A stretch of 64,000 bases of DNA from contig OZ038378.1 in NCBI GenBank assembly GCA_964036045.1, forward strand, positions 15,500,001 to 15,564,000, in the 5' to 3' direction. The translations under genes and the position numbers were made by a program. This DNA comes from Eutreptiella sp. 'Long Island Sound 2002' (Eukaryota > Protista > Euglenida). The notes beneath the pieces were generated by a model that did no database searches, was not told the origin of the DNA, and saw nothing but the letters and a program-made list of their open reading frames with translations. Below are positions 1 through 11,653 of the stretch, in pieces; position 1 is the stretch's first letter, and each line of letters begins with the position of its first letter.

Positions 1-723
1 CGGCACATGTAAATTCATACACCTCAAAGACGCCACAAAAATGATGGCTTGGGGGTTGACCCCCCCCCCCCCGTGCGTGATTGCGACACGGACTGACAAT
101 TTGATTTTTAAGACGACATCGTCCTTCAGAACAATTTTTTCGGTTTTTGCTGTATTTGACGATCCTTTTGTTATTTCCCATTGCCTTTTTTTATGGATGC
201 CTAAAAAAACTCCGTCTTCTGTGTCCGCTGCTCCAAAGCTTCCTAAAGCTTCGGTAACGCAACCTAAAGCAGCTTCAGTTTCATCCAAGGTGTCAGATTC
301 CCGTTCCATGTTGCATTCCAAAAAAAGTACACTCTCGCGGCGCTCACTTTCTGCCAGTATTCCAAGTGAGCTTGCCTCACGACCCGCTCATGCTGCCACT
401 AACTCTTCACCTAATCCTTCTCTTCACCCATTTTCTCTACCAAACCTCAATTCCTCTACACACAATCTACCGCCCGACACTCCACCAAAAGTCCCCATTG
501 CAAAGCAAGATAAGCCCTTTAGAGTACCGCAAGCTAGACACCCGAAACCAACCAAAAATACACATGCATATACTCCATCTCTTAGCCATGATGGCGCCAA
601 AGATGGAACCTCGGTGTCTCATGAAGAACCACGCTCCCATGAGCTAAGATCAATCACAACCGCCAAATGAAGAGCCGGAGCACAAGGTGCCGTCCGAACC
701 CGGCGGCATCCAATCGGTTGAAC

Positions 724-1162
724 TAAGGTTCGGAATTGGTTTCATGCAAAAATAACCAATTGTTTTCAATTATTTCTACAAAAATAACCAATTATTTCGA
801 TTATAGGACATGAAAACAATCGGTTACTTTCAATTGTTGTCTCTACAAAATGCATTTATTGCCGAAAAGCCGTGATTTTTTACCTAAGGGATAGTAAACA
901 GGAAAATAGAGGTGAAAGACATGCTAAACTTTTGACTTTTATCCCAAATTGCCTGTGATTTTGCAAAATCCTCTGGTTTTTGATAAGAAAGATTTCATGG
1001 TGTATCAACGAAATATTTCTTTTTCATACATAACTTGTCCGATTAATTGGTTTATACCAGTTTCCAAAATAATCAGTTTTACCGATTATTTGTCACATTA
1101 GACCCAATTAATCCAATTAATCCGATTATCCGATTAATTGGTAAAACCGATTCCGAACCTTA
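724..1162. mobile_element. hAT-type MITE (439 bp, non-coding, AT-rich)
   Basis: TIRs TAAGGTTCGGAATTGGTTT (from 724) and AAACCGATTCCGAACCTTA (to 1162), 1 mismatch; identical 8-bp flanks GGTTGAAC at 716-723 and 1163-1170; many subterminal CCGATTA/CCAATTA motifs. An 8-bp TSD is typical of hAT elements. Confidence 0.9.
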
Positions 1163-2451
1163 GGTTGAACCGCGTATGGTATCTCCACCCCTTCCTACAA
1201 TGTGTGGCCCGCTCGCTTTGCATACCTCTTTGCCGGACGATCACGGGCATCCCCACGCCTCACCATGACCCCCGGGCATGGGCGGGGGGTGACCGCTTGT
1301 GCTGATGCCATCTTGTCCATTTCTATTTTTCAAAACTTGCCACCATTGCTGACCGTCTTGTGCCCTAGCCCCTGACCCAGTGGGATTGGGGTTCAACACC
1401 TGTATGATGGGCTAGCCCTTTCTGATTGAGTGCGGAACATTCGGACAGCGATGCTGTGTTTCCAAAAAAAACAATGGCTTGGGGGTAGGGTCCATTTTAT
1501 AAAGCGTGTTTTACGTTCCAACTATGTTATCCACAACTTTGAAATGATCCAACAAGAACCGATTGGCCTGAATGGGTACCATCGAGAACATTAGTCCACC
1601 ACTAATGCAAAGGTTTTGAGGTACAATGCACACTCCTTTGGAGTGTCTCTCCGGTACGGCAATGGATATGTGACCAAAAACCACACCATTGAGTGTGGGA
1701 TTGGGATGGTGGTGGTTATGAACTTTGCAGCCCCAAGACGGGAAAAGATATGAAACCATGCCATTTCTTTGCGCTTTGAGGATCTGCATAATGCAAAAGT
1801 TATGTAGCTTATGTAGCCCTTCATATTGGGACACGCATGGTATGGTGCTTTGCGCACTTATCTTACCATAATATCATAGAGATCTATACTTTTTTGTCTT
1901 GCAGTGGGGCAGAGGCCTGGGTTATGCTGGTAGCAAAACGTGCATTTTTTTCTTTTCACAAAAAAGTAAATTGGTTGTGTTTTTGGCACTTCATTGAAAA
2001 ACGACCAAGAAGAAATATTTCCAAAATTTTCATTCATTGTCTTGCACAAAAGAGAAAAAAAGAAATTGAAAAATTGGCCCTCCTCATGGAGTGCATTGGC
2101 TGTGCCCGTGGTAGATTAAAAGTAGACACGCCAACCCCGTTAGTCGGGGGTTGGGAAAGTAGTCAGGCCTGGCCCGAGGGTCGGCGGGTCGGCTAAAAAA
2201 CCGAAAACCTCTAAGCAAAGATCAAAATAGAATTTTTTTGCAAAACTTTGGTTCTGGGGGAATGTTTGCCCGGCGCGCGCCCGGCGCGCTACTTTTCTAT
2301 TACCTATCCCGACTTCAGCCCCTGATTTACCCTCCCATGGAGAAGCCCCCCAAGTAGACCACATGGCACTGCACACCTTCCCTACAAAGCACGTTGCAAA
2401 ATAAAGCAGGATCTGTGAATTCAACCACTCCAACTGTCATTTGTAGTGTAA

Positions 2452-3405
2452 TTAACAAACACCATTGGTCCCACAAGTGTGGGTGTCAATACATTCATTA
2501 CAATAGTGCTCCTTACACTCATCACAAACTGCGACGGTGGAGCGCCGTTGGCAACACAACACACACACTTCCGCCCCATCCTCTGCCTCATCCTGCGTGG
2601 CGGCCGAGTTGCTTTGGTCAGTCCAAACCTGAGGCGGGACATGCTCCCATGGTCCGTAGGGGGGGTGACAGACTTGCACCCGGATGCAAAACTGTGTGAA
2701 ATGCAACAAAATGCGGACTGACTGGTGCAACTCATAGGGGCCGCCACGCCAGATGTTCCTAACCAAACCCCAATGCCACAACCGAGCAAACAGCTGCACA
2801 ATGCGTGCCCTGTACCACCCATGCACATCATTGTAACATTGTTGGCGGGCTGTCAAAGTGCCATTCTTTCTTCCGATGAATGGCACAATGACATGAAGCC
2901 GGCCTTTATAAGCACCATCATGGCCCCCAACTTCAAAATCAAAGAAATCACCTCGGGTACGAGAAAGTCCATACCCATCCCAAATCAAAACATCTGCTAA
3001 TGTGCCGGGGGCCAAGGGGCAAATCCATATAATGTTGCCCAACATATCAACGGCAACAGTCACCTTGTAAACATGCGACGCATACTTAGGATTCCATAGG
3101 TCCGGAAGGTTGAAAGACTGCATAAAGCGTGGATTGTGAGTCCCTAACCCCAACTTGAGAGGCCACGCAACAAAGCGTGGATTGTGAGTCCCTAACCCCA
3201 TCTCAAGGGGCCACGCAACAAAGCGTGGATTGTGAGTCCCTAACCCCAACTCGAGAGGCCACGCAACAAAGCGTGGATTGTGAGTCCCTAACCCCAACTC
3301 GAGAGGCCACGCAACAAAGCGTGGATTGTGAGTCCCTGACCCCAACTCGAAGGGCCACGCAACAAGGCGTGGATTCAAAGATTGTCCCGGTTTCCTCAAT
3401 AGCAC
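2452..3405 (-). pseudogene. DDE_Tnp_4/HARBI1-like transposase with C-terminal B-box-like zinc finger; catalytic Glu apparently mutated
   Basis: Motifs YKVTVAVDMLGNIIW, DGAYKG and YNDVHGWYRARIVQLFARL (GTG Val at 2797-2799 where Glu is expected); C-terminal CVLC-x9-CDEC-x4-CNEC-x3-H; N-terminus interrupted by a 48-bp repeat and an upstream in-frame stop. Confidence 0.75.
3124..3375. repeat. 48-bp tandem repeat, 5 copies plus a partial, in frame inside the transposase ORF
   Basis: Unit AAAGCGTGGATTGTGAGTCCCTAACCCCAACTCGAGAGGCCACGCAAC starting at 3124, 3172, 3220, 3268 and 3316; encodes GLGTHNPRFVAWPLEL-like 16-mers on the - strand. Confidence 0.97.
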
Positions 3406-5559
3406 CGGAAGGTTGGGCCCAAAAGAGGGCGGGCGGAAATGCTACGTCACCCCTGCATTCTCGGGGGTCCCCAACAAAGGGGACAAAATCAGAAGTCAAA
3501 AGCTACACTAGGGGTCACCATGATGCTCCTAGTATCTCAAAGTGTGGGTCTCTAGTACAGCCAGGCGCCCAAATAGCTGCACTCTGCTAAATGCGCCCCC
3601 TTAGTGCACCCCCTAAAAGGCCACTAGAGGGGCACGAGTCCAAAAAGATGCCCGCGGCGCTAACGTTCCCCCTCTGATTCGACTTCCCTACTGCACCATG
3701 CATGGTACAATGCAATACAATCATCAAAACGGCTGTGTATTGTCTCATCACCACTTAGACGGAATGAAGCTCAAGGAGAGGCACATATTACTGCAGCGTA
3801 GTTTGTTGTGAAACCGGTGCACGCATCTGGCTCTGTCCCGGTGGTGCATCCGGGTGTGTCGACGGAGTAAAGCCCAGATGGCGGCTAGGTCGTCCACCCC
3901 CAGGTGAAGCTAGTCTGTTCCTTGGTAGGTTGCCGTTTTCAATTCACATTCGATGCTGTCCCATTCGGCTACGTGCTGCTTCTTGACACCCGATGATGAC
4001 TTCCACACACGGGCGCCCACGGTGTCTCTCCATAATCCATCTGCGCACGCTGGTCCCACTTGGGCCGCGTCGACATACCAATCGATGTCACCGAGGTCCT
4101 TGTGAGCTCTGGCTTGCCATTCAGATAGGGTCACGGCTATGGCCTCCTGCAATGCCTTGAGGACTACTACCGTTGTGAACTGTGATTGTGTGGGCCCCCA
4201 CATGAGCCTGGCCACGGAGCCACTGATATGGGGCATTGCCGCCCGCGCTAGGCGGTCTACCCGCACTTTTTCCTGAGCAGGTGGCGAAGAGTGCGCTACT
4301 GTTACCCGCACGTCGCCAGTGTTATCCTTAGGGCAGTCATGCCTGCTGTGTACTCCGAAGAGGATGAAATTGTCCATGCTGTACCTTTAAGGTCCTTGCG
4401 CATCCACAATGCCCCAACTCCCTCATCTGGCATATCCATATCTGCCAACCCCAATGCATGAACTTATGCGGCGTATCATGCAATTGACCCATCCCATCCC
4501 TTCCCACGTGCAAATCAATTCAAATCATGCGCAAACTGTTAGTTGCAACTGGACACAAACCATCAGTGCGGGGCGCCTTGCTCTAGATGAGCCCAGCCCC
4601 CTTCCCTGTGAACCCCAGCAGGCATTGCCAAAGATCACACCAGAACAAACAGAGGGTTGCAGTCTCAAGCAGAATGAGAGCAAGACCTTTCACAGGCATG
4701 ATCCGGCCCCTTCCCAACACAACCGGCTGAAAAACATGTCATAATGCATTCTCCACCCCTAAAACTGAGGTCAGAAAACAACGATTAGAAAGAGTTGCCG
4801 TGTTCTGCGCACAGGGGTCCTTCAACGACAAGATGGAGATGACGAAATGAACCTCACTCTGTCACACTCTACACCCTTTGACTGAACACCCAGTCCCCAG
4901 GCTGAGCAGGAATTGTACGTCAAAGTGTGCTCTGCAGAGAAACTCAGCAATGAACTGGGAGTGGGGCCACCCCCATTAGAGAGCATGCACCCGGAGACCT
5001 TTTCGGCTCTTGCTCCAACACGAGCAACAAAATAAAGGCCTGCAGGAAATGTCTGGATTCGATCCTGGGTCGAGGGGTTGTTGACGACAGTTGGAGGCGT
5101 CACCTTGGGGGCAAGGTGGGGAGGGTGTTGGCATGATTCCTGGATGCTATTGGCCTCCCTTGTCCCCTCCTTAAACCCTCTACCTCCGTAGGTGGTAGTG
5201 CCCACCGGCCTCTCACCACTGAGTGCCCTCCTCCTCCCTGCCTGGCCTCTCTTTATCCTTGGTAGACTGTGCTAACGGTCTTTCACTGCTCTGTGTCGGG
5301 TCCACACAAGGAGGGCAATGACCCTCGCCATTGGCCAGGTGTGCCCAAGCGGACACTCCCAAACCGGCGGTGGGAGAACCCTCCTCAACAGCGGCCGTTG
5401 GGCCCTGGAACGTCTACTTGCGGGGTCACTTCCCCGAAGTGTGCTGGCAAGTGGTGGGGGAGGGTCAGTATTTGCGTCAGGTTAATTTGTGTGGACATGA
5501 AACCAAAAATCCCAGATGCAGTTGGGATCACATAAAGCGGGCAGGTCAGGTGGCCGGAT

Positions 5560-6093
5560 CAGGGTTTTGCTTAGCCACCCTAGGCGGGGGGGGGGGTTAA
5601 TTCAGGGACCCACCCACCCAGAATTTTGGCATACCCACAGACCGACAAATGTCCCACCCCCCCCCCCCCCCGGGGGGGGGGGGTCTGACACCCACCCACC
5701 CACCCACCCACCCACGTACCCAACTGAGACATGCAATACAGAAGACCAAGTTTTTCACAGAGGTGAACAACCATCATGTCAGTCTAATTGTCAGCGTTGC
5801 CCCCTTCGCATCCAGCACAAACGACAAAGCATCCTAGCCCCTTTGTGGGCGTGGGGCATGCACACGTGATATGCAATGACATGTAAACACACCATAAATA
5901 AACATGTTACACAGAACCTGCAACAGAAGAAAGAAAGAAGTGGCACTGGCTCGATAGACCCAAGGGCCCCCACAAAGTCCCACCCCACCCTGGGGGGGGG
6001 GGGTTGGACACCCACCCACCCTGAAATTCTGCCAGACCCACCCACCCACCCCCCCCCCGGGGTAGGGCAGGACGGACACTAAGCAAAACCCTG
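5560..6093. mobile_element. hAT-type MITE (534 bp)
   Basis: Perfect 15-bp TIRs CAGGGTTTTGCTTAG and CTAAGCAAAACCCTG; 8-bp TSD GGCCGGAT at 5552-5559 and 6094-6101; subterminal (ACCC)n arrays and poly-C/poly-G tracts. Confidence 0.92.
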
Positions 6094-8202
6094 GGCCGGA
6101 TGCAATGACCGGAGGGCCAGAATCGAAAACGCAGATGGGCTTTCAAAGAAACACTGCACCATTCAAACCTTTTGATTGGGCTGTTGGTTGTGGAATGCAG
6201 TGTTGGTTTTTCAGGAGACACATCCCTGCCGGGGTGGTATCCAAGCCAGTTTCAGACCTGTGACACAATGTGCACAACGTATCGTGGGGCTTGTCGGATG
6301 CAAGCTGAATTGCACAAAATCCAGAAGTCTAGAGCCAAGCACCCCTTTGCACCGCATGAACCTAGTGCATCATAGAATAGACCAAGCATGGCCGTCTTCT
6401 GTACAGCTTGAATAGTGGTAAGAAGTATGTCGGGCACAAGGCACTGCTCAGCAACCTCAAGTGGGAAAACAAGATCCCCTGATAGCGTGTAGTGCATCGC
6501 AGTGCCCAGACTGTTTGGTGCGCTCAGCAGTGTCCCCAAAAGAAATGCAAAAATATCTTGAAGCAATTGAAGCAATGCCTTGACACAGGTGAGGTTTGCA
6601 GGCAGTTGAGGGTCAGATATACGAAACGGGGGAAATCAGATGCAGGATTGGGATGACTCTACAACAAAACCTTCCCAGCCGCTCTGTGGTGCATCAGGGT
6701 GCCGCTGTGCACACCACGTGCACCACGTAGGGCTGCAACTCCGCGTTTAGCCCTTTAAAAGGGCAGGGATTTGTGCAGCTTTTTCGTGACCGTGTGCCAC
6801 GCAGGGCACCCTTTACGATTCGCCAGAAAGGGAAATACCAAGGGGTCAACTCCAGACCACGGGAGAGGGCAACTGCTTTTTCCAAGGGGAGGAGGGTGTG
6901 CCATCAAGGCTGAAAGAGTATGCCGGATGGTACTTCCAGGTGTACGTACATCTTCGCCGTTTGAGGAGGGAATCCCCCACTTGTGGATAGGTGGGTTGGG
7001 TGCCCACCCAGTGGGTCGGGGGTGAAGAGGGTAAGGTCATTAAAAAATCCCTGTGAGAGGTGGGCAGCCTGCTCGGCTACCCCTGACAGCTGGGGGAAAT
7101 TGAGTGTTCGAGATGACTTGTCTCGTTGCTCAGAAAGGCTGCTTCTGCCCCTTGGCAACCCTCCCATGCCGGCGCCGGCGTGCTCCACACAAGTCTTTCC
7201 GGAGTTTCACTACAGAATCGCTCCTAATCCATCGGAATTTGGTGCCAGCAGGGAAACCGGATGTCTTGAACATTTACAGCTGTCGACCATGGAAAGGAGC
7301 AAACCTGGAACCAGCATTCAGGGTCTGCAACGACATGAAAATGCAGTGGCAAGGCTACAAACATGATCTCAACACTCTCTGTGCAATTATTTTGTACTTC
7401 ACAAAGTGACAGTCCCCCGTGGGAGAGGGGGGGGGGGGTTGACAACCAGCAGGGGAGGACATGGGAGGGGGAGTGATGCGGAGTTCGAGGTACATGCGGT
7501 AAAGCAGCCCCCCACCAACACACCCTCCTCCAGTCCTCCAGGGTGATAGGCCCTGAGGGCAGGAAATGGGCTGAAACGAGATCCCTCGGTCCCACAAACG
7601 AAAACTTCCTCCTCCTACGTCCGATGGAGCTCACCGACGGCTGTCTCCAGACCACCATGGGCAGAGAGGTGGCATGCGGGTTGCATGTGGATGCCCCGAA
7701 GGCATGTCTTGTTATGAAAAACAAAGAAGAGGAAACAACTGCTGTCCGGCACACTCTGTGTCAGGACAAGCCACTTCCCAGTACAAGTAATGCACCCCAG
7801 CCGTCGATCAGGCGCCAACCACCTGGCACCGTCACCGGGCACCAGGGAGCGTTCCTTCATGTTGCAATACAGCTGGGCTGGATTGTGAGACATTGGCGCA
7901 GGGCTCGATCCTGTGCAGTACACGTCTTCCCTCAGGCTGCAGCAAATCCATGGCCGAGGATGGGGCGGAACGTTCAGCCAAAGGCTAAATCCTTCCTTTA
8001 GACTTGTTCCCGGGAGGACTGAAACTGATGACTTGCAATGCATAGGCAAAAGAAGAGGGTTCAAGGTGGGGGAGGGGGGGTAAAGGCCAAGTAAGTACGC
8101 CGGGTGGTACTTCTGGGTGTATGCACTGGCTTGAGTCTCAGCCCCCCTTTGCTTGTCCCAAGCCACCGGGGGAAAGCATTTGTGGCGTGAGAGTAGGACA
8201 GT

Positions 8203-8547
8203 GGGGGAATGTTTGCCCGGCGCGCTACCTTTGTATTAAGTATCTTATCTCTAGCCCCAAGTTTATCCTCACCTTGGGAAGTACCCCAAGTAGACCGCAC
8301 TAGACTGCAAACCTTCTCTGCAAGGCACCTTGCATAAGCCGAAATATGAGAATTCCACAACACAAAATGTCACTCCCACCACTTCCAACCACCACCCTTG
8401 CCATCGTCATGAACTGGGTGCAAAGGATGGGCCAAATTCTTAGACACAGCAAGAAGCTACTCCAAATTGTTTGGTGAGGTGGGGGCAAAAACAGGCATGG
8501 GTGGGTAATGGTCAAAAAAAAGATGCCCGGCGCGCTAACGCTCCCCC
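8203..8547. mobile_element. Non-autonomous MITE of the same Harbinger-like family as 2256-3672 (345 bp)
   Basis: Ends GGGGGAATGTTTGCCCGGCGCGCTA and AAAAGATGCCCGGCGCGCTAACGCTCCCCC match both ends of 2256-3672; about 130 bp of diverged internal similarity (CCCCAAGTAGACC etc.); 3-bp TSD AGT at 8200-8202 and 8548-8550. Confidence 0.9.
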
Positions 8548-10638
8548 AGTTGTCCCTCTGCTCACCAGTGCTGCTTGTGCCTCTTGGCGGGGGGGGGGGG
8601 GGGGTTCTGCAGCCCGAGCTTTGCCCGTCATTTGGGTGGCAAAGGAGGGGTTGCATGGAATGGGGGAAGAACACATGGCAGGGGGGGTAGAGGATTTTGG
8701 TGTGAGACCTGCTTCCAGGAGCACCTTGTGAATCTCGCCCACAGGCCCCTGGTCTCTGACATGAGAAATGTGCACTTCTGAAGGGGTAGACATGGAGACA
8801 GCGGCGAGGCTGCAGGGAGGGGGGAGCGGAGGCGGACGAGGATGAGGCTATGTACAGACCATTTGGTGACTTGGTGGCCCCCACAACGACGCGTCAAGAG
8901 AGCGGCAGGCTGCAAGAGAAGGGGGCTGCATGACAAACATACTGCCTGTTATGGCAAGCAGGGCGCCTGTGTGCAACCGGGGAGGGCCAGGGGGGTAGCA
9001 GTGCCCCAAAAACCTGCGTGTGGCCAAGGGCAGTGCCAAGAGTTGTCAACCATCTGCCATCCTCAGGCACTGTCCGTCACCCTCAATGACAGGGACGGCC
9101 AGAGCTCCTTTTAAAGGGAGGTTGGGTCTAGGGGGGGGGGGGGATGCGTGGGTGATGTGGACCCCCACCCACAGCAGTGGTGCTGAGTTTCTAGAGGCGC
9201 CGAAAATTTTGATCAACGAATGGGTGCCGAAGGCGCCACAGAAAATTTTTTGGTCGAAGGGCCCAAGGGGGCGTTTTCGCACAGCGCCAATTATTGCTTG
9301 TTTATCCCGGGAACACCCCTGAAAACCACCCATCTACAGAAGCGTGCATGATCCATTCAAAACAGCATGGGGGGTGCAGAATTCAGGACCCCGGGACCCG
9401 TGGCTACGGGTGGTGAAAAGCAGCTGACTTTTCGCACAGCGCGCGCACAGCGCACGGTGCGCCCCCCAATACATCGTGAGTGACTGGGCGACATGGAGGC
9501 CATCGAGGCACTGACTGGCCACCGCAACACAATCAGACGTGCATGCTTTCTGAGAAATATCCAATTAATCAAACCTTGGACTGTTGCTTGGGGGATTCCT
9601 CACCATCAGAACGGTATATTGGGCTGTTACCTGCGGCATTCACCTGTTGACCACCAAAACATAGCACCAATGAGAAAACAAACTTGCCGTAGCCAGAAGC
9701 CTTAAAGTTGCAGCCTGCTGGTTCTACGAAACGGCCAGTGCAGGCGCACGTTCCGGGCGGGATGGGTGCACCAGCCAGACTTGCTTCAGCAGCAAGAAAT
9801 AAAAATAATCCGCAAAGCCGGTACAAAATGAATGGAATCCTTTCATGCCGCCACGGGGATGGTTCTGTTGCAGACGGTGCATGCAGCCCAATTGTAGTCT
9901 GGGTCGGGTTCCCATTCGAGCCGGTGACCGCCTGCCTGGAGAAGCTGATGACTGAAGGCCATCTGAACTCAACATCAGATGGCAGTGGCTTCTTTGGGTG
10001 GCTCACACTGAATCGCATATCGGAAGTGGGTAGGTCCCAGTGAGTCACATATGCGATCTGGCCAAATCAGCGTCCCCTTTGCCCTGCTCCCAAACCCCCC
10101 CCCTCCAAAGCTGGTTCAAGGCATCTCGCAGGCTTCTGAGTGACAGTAAGAACGCATTCTCCACAGCTGCGACTGCAATCAGCTGCTTGGCCATGTGTTG
10201 TCGTGGGAATGGCCACTGCACCACCCAATAGTGCATGAGATCAGCTGTGCTCCATTTAGCATCCCCAGGAGCTGTTGGGGGACTTCCTTCGGGTTGCATT
10301 GGGCCTGCCTGGGGGGGGGGGGGGATTGCAGAGTCATTGCAGGACAAGGGGGCGACCCACTGAATGCGCAGCTTTAGTTCGTTTTTTTTTTTTTTTGCAG
10401 AAACGGAGGCAGAGGCAAGCCTCCATGGGGCCATAGCAACTGTGGCTTCTACAGGGCTTTGAAACCGCTGCTGGCGTGCCCACGGTTGAACCCATGCCCT
10501 CGGCTTGGTGGACGATTGCTACCGCGCGCGAGGCAGGGCTCACTTAACATGCGGCAAGGACAAAGGGACTGATTCCGGTGCCCAACCGTTGCGGCCCAGG
10601 GCTGCTGGTGGTACCGCAGGGGAGGAGGTCCCTTTCGT

Positions 10639-11653
10639 TCAGCATCCAGTGGAAGCCCCCACGGGGGAGGCAGGTGAGCGCTGCTTGGCAGGGGAGGCCT
10701 TCAAAGGCTGCGGAAACGTCACCGCGATCCCCGCAGCCTGCGCCTTCCTGCCATCCTCCCGCAGTGCCCGTTCGCCCCCCTGACCCTGTGCCTCTACTGG
10801 CACCCCCATGGCCATCTTCATGGCACGCAGCTCCTCCCAAAGCCGCTTATTGTCTGCATCGAGCTTCTGATTGCGCGCGTTGGTCTGCTGCAGCATCGCC
10901 CGCAGCTCTGCCATCTCCCCCCGCTCCCCCTCGGCCGGCCCAGGCTTGCCGGCCCCGGGGGTGGCCTCCACATCGCCTTCCACCACCGCCGGCCCCGCAG
11001 CCTGCGACGTACGTGAGCCCCGAGGGGACGCCATCTTCGCCGCACGCGGCGTGCCACGCCCGCTGCGGGGGGTGTGCGCCGGCGACTCGCCGTCACCGCC
11101 GGGGGCGTGGGCGAGCAGCTGGGACGACGGGAGATGCGGCAGGCGGAGCCGTGGCAGGACCGTGGGGAGGCCACGGAGGCACATCTCGGGTCCGAACGAG
11201 CCACGCCGGACATCAGGAGAGCCGGATGCAGACCTCTGGAGTTCGGGGGAAAGGGAGCCCCCGGCGAAGGAAAGTGACGGGGACCCCCGATCGTTGAATT
11301 GCAGGCTGCTCAAGCTCGCGCTGCGGGGCGACGGCCCATTCGAGCCCGGCGCGCCGGCGCCCCTGCTGCTCTGGGGCGAGTCTGGGTATGAGTCAGCTTG
11401 TACCCCGAACGCGTCCTCCATGCGTCGCAGGCGCTTAGCCAGCGCGGCGCTTTCCTTGGCCTTAGCCAGGTACTGTGCGGCCATGTCTGCCAGCACCTCG
11501 CGCTGGGCTGTGTTGGTCTCGCGGGCCTGCTGCAGCTCAGCCTCCATGTGCTCCGCCAGCGTCCTGGAATCCACCTCCTGCTCCCAAGCCTTTACGACTG
11601 TGCCCTCCAGAATCGCAGTGCGCACCCACTCCACCTCGTCGTGCTTGATGAAC
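10639..11653 (-). CDS. Large (probably terminal) exon of a coiled-coil plus Ser/Pro/Gly-rich protein of unknown function
   Basis: GC-rich open frame of about 1 kb with helical coiled-coil-like segments (LAEHMEAELQQARETN...; ELRAMLQQTNARNQKLDADNKRLWEELRAMK); AG acceptor at 11654-11655 (phase 2); stop at 10639-10641. Confidence 0.75.

Larger units (their letters stand above)
2256..3672 (-). mobile_element. PIF/Harbinger-like (DDE_Tnp_4) DNA transposon, probably defective
   Basis: Imperfect TIRs GGGGGAATGTTTGCCCGGCGCGC and GCCCGCGGCGCTAACGTTCCCCC (18/23 as inverted repeat); 3-bp duplication TCT at 2253-2255 and 3673-3675; internal transposase-like ORF. Confidence 0.85.

Noticed and set aside
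41-670. 209-aa Ser/Pro/Lys-rich ORF
   Set aside because: Low complexity, no recognisable domain or splice context; it could be a TE ORF fragment or a chance ORF.
1511-1857. Minus-strand fragment IAVPERHSKGVCIVP, faintly like the PLE DK motif
   Set aside because: A single weak motif with no supporting RT motifs nearby.
3910-4377. Possible RNase H tail (AHSSPPAQEKVRVDRLARAA) of a LINE, with more remnants to about 8100
   Set aside because: Catalytic acidic residues and ordered RT motifs could not be traced; probably a decayed TE but unsupported.
6919-8125. Short shared motif GCCGG(A/G)TGGTACTTC(C/T)(A/G)GGTGTA at about 6922 and 8098
   Set aside because: Only about 25 bp, with no extended similarity or TSD; cannot be called LTRs.
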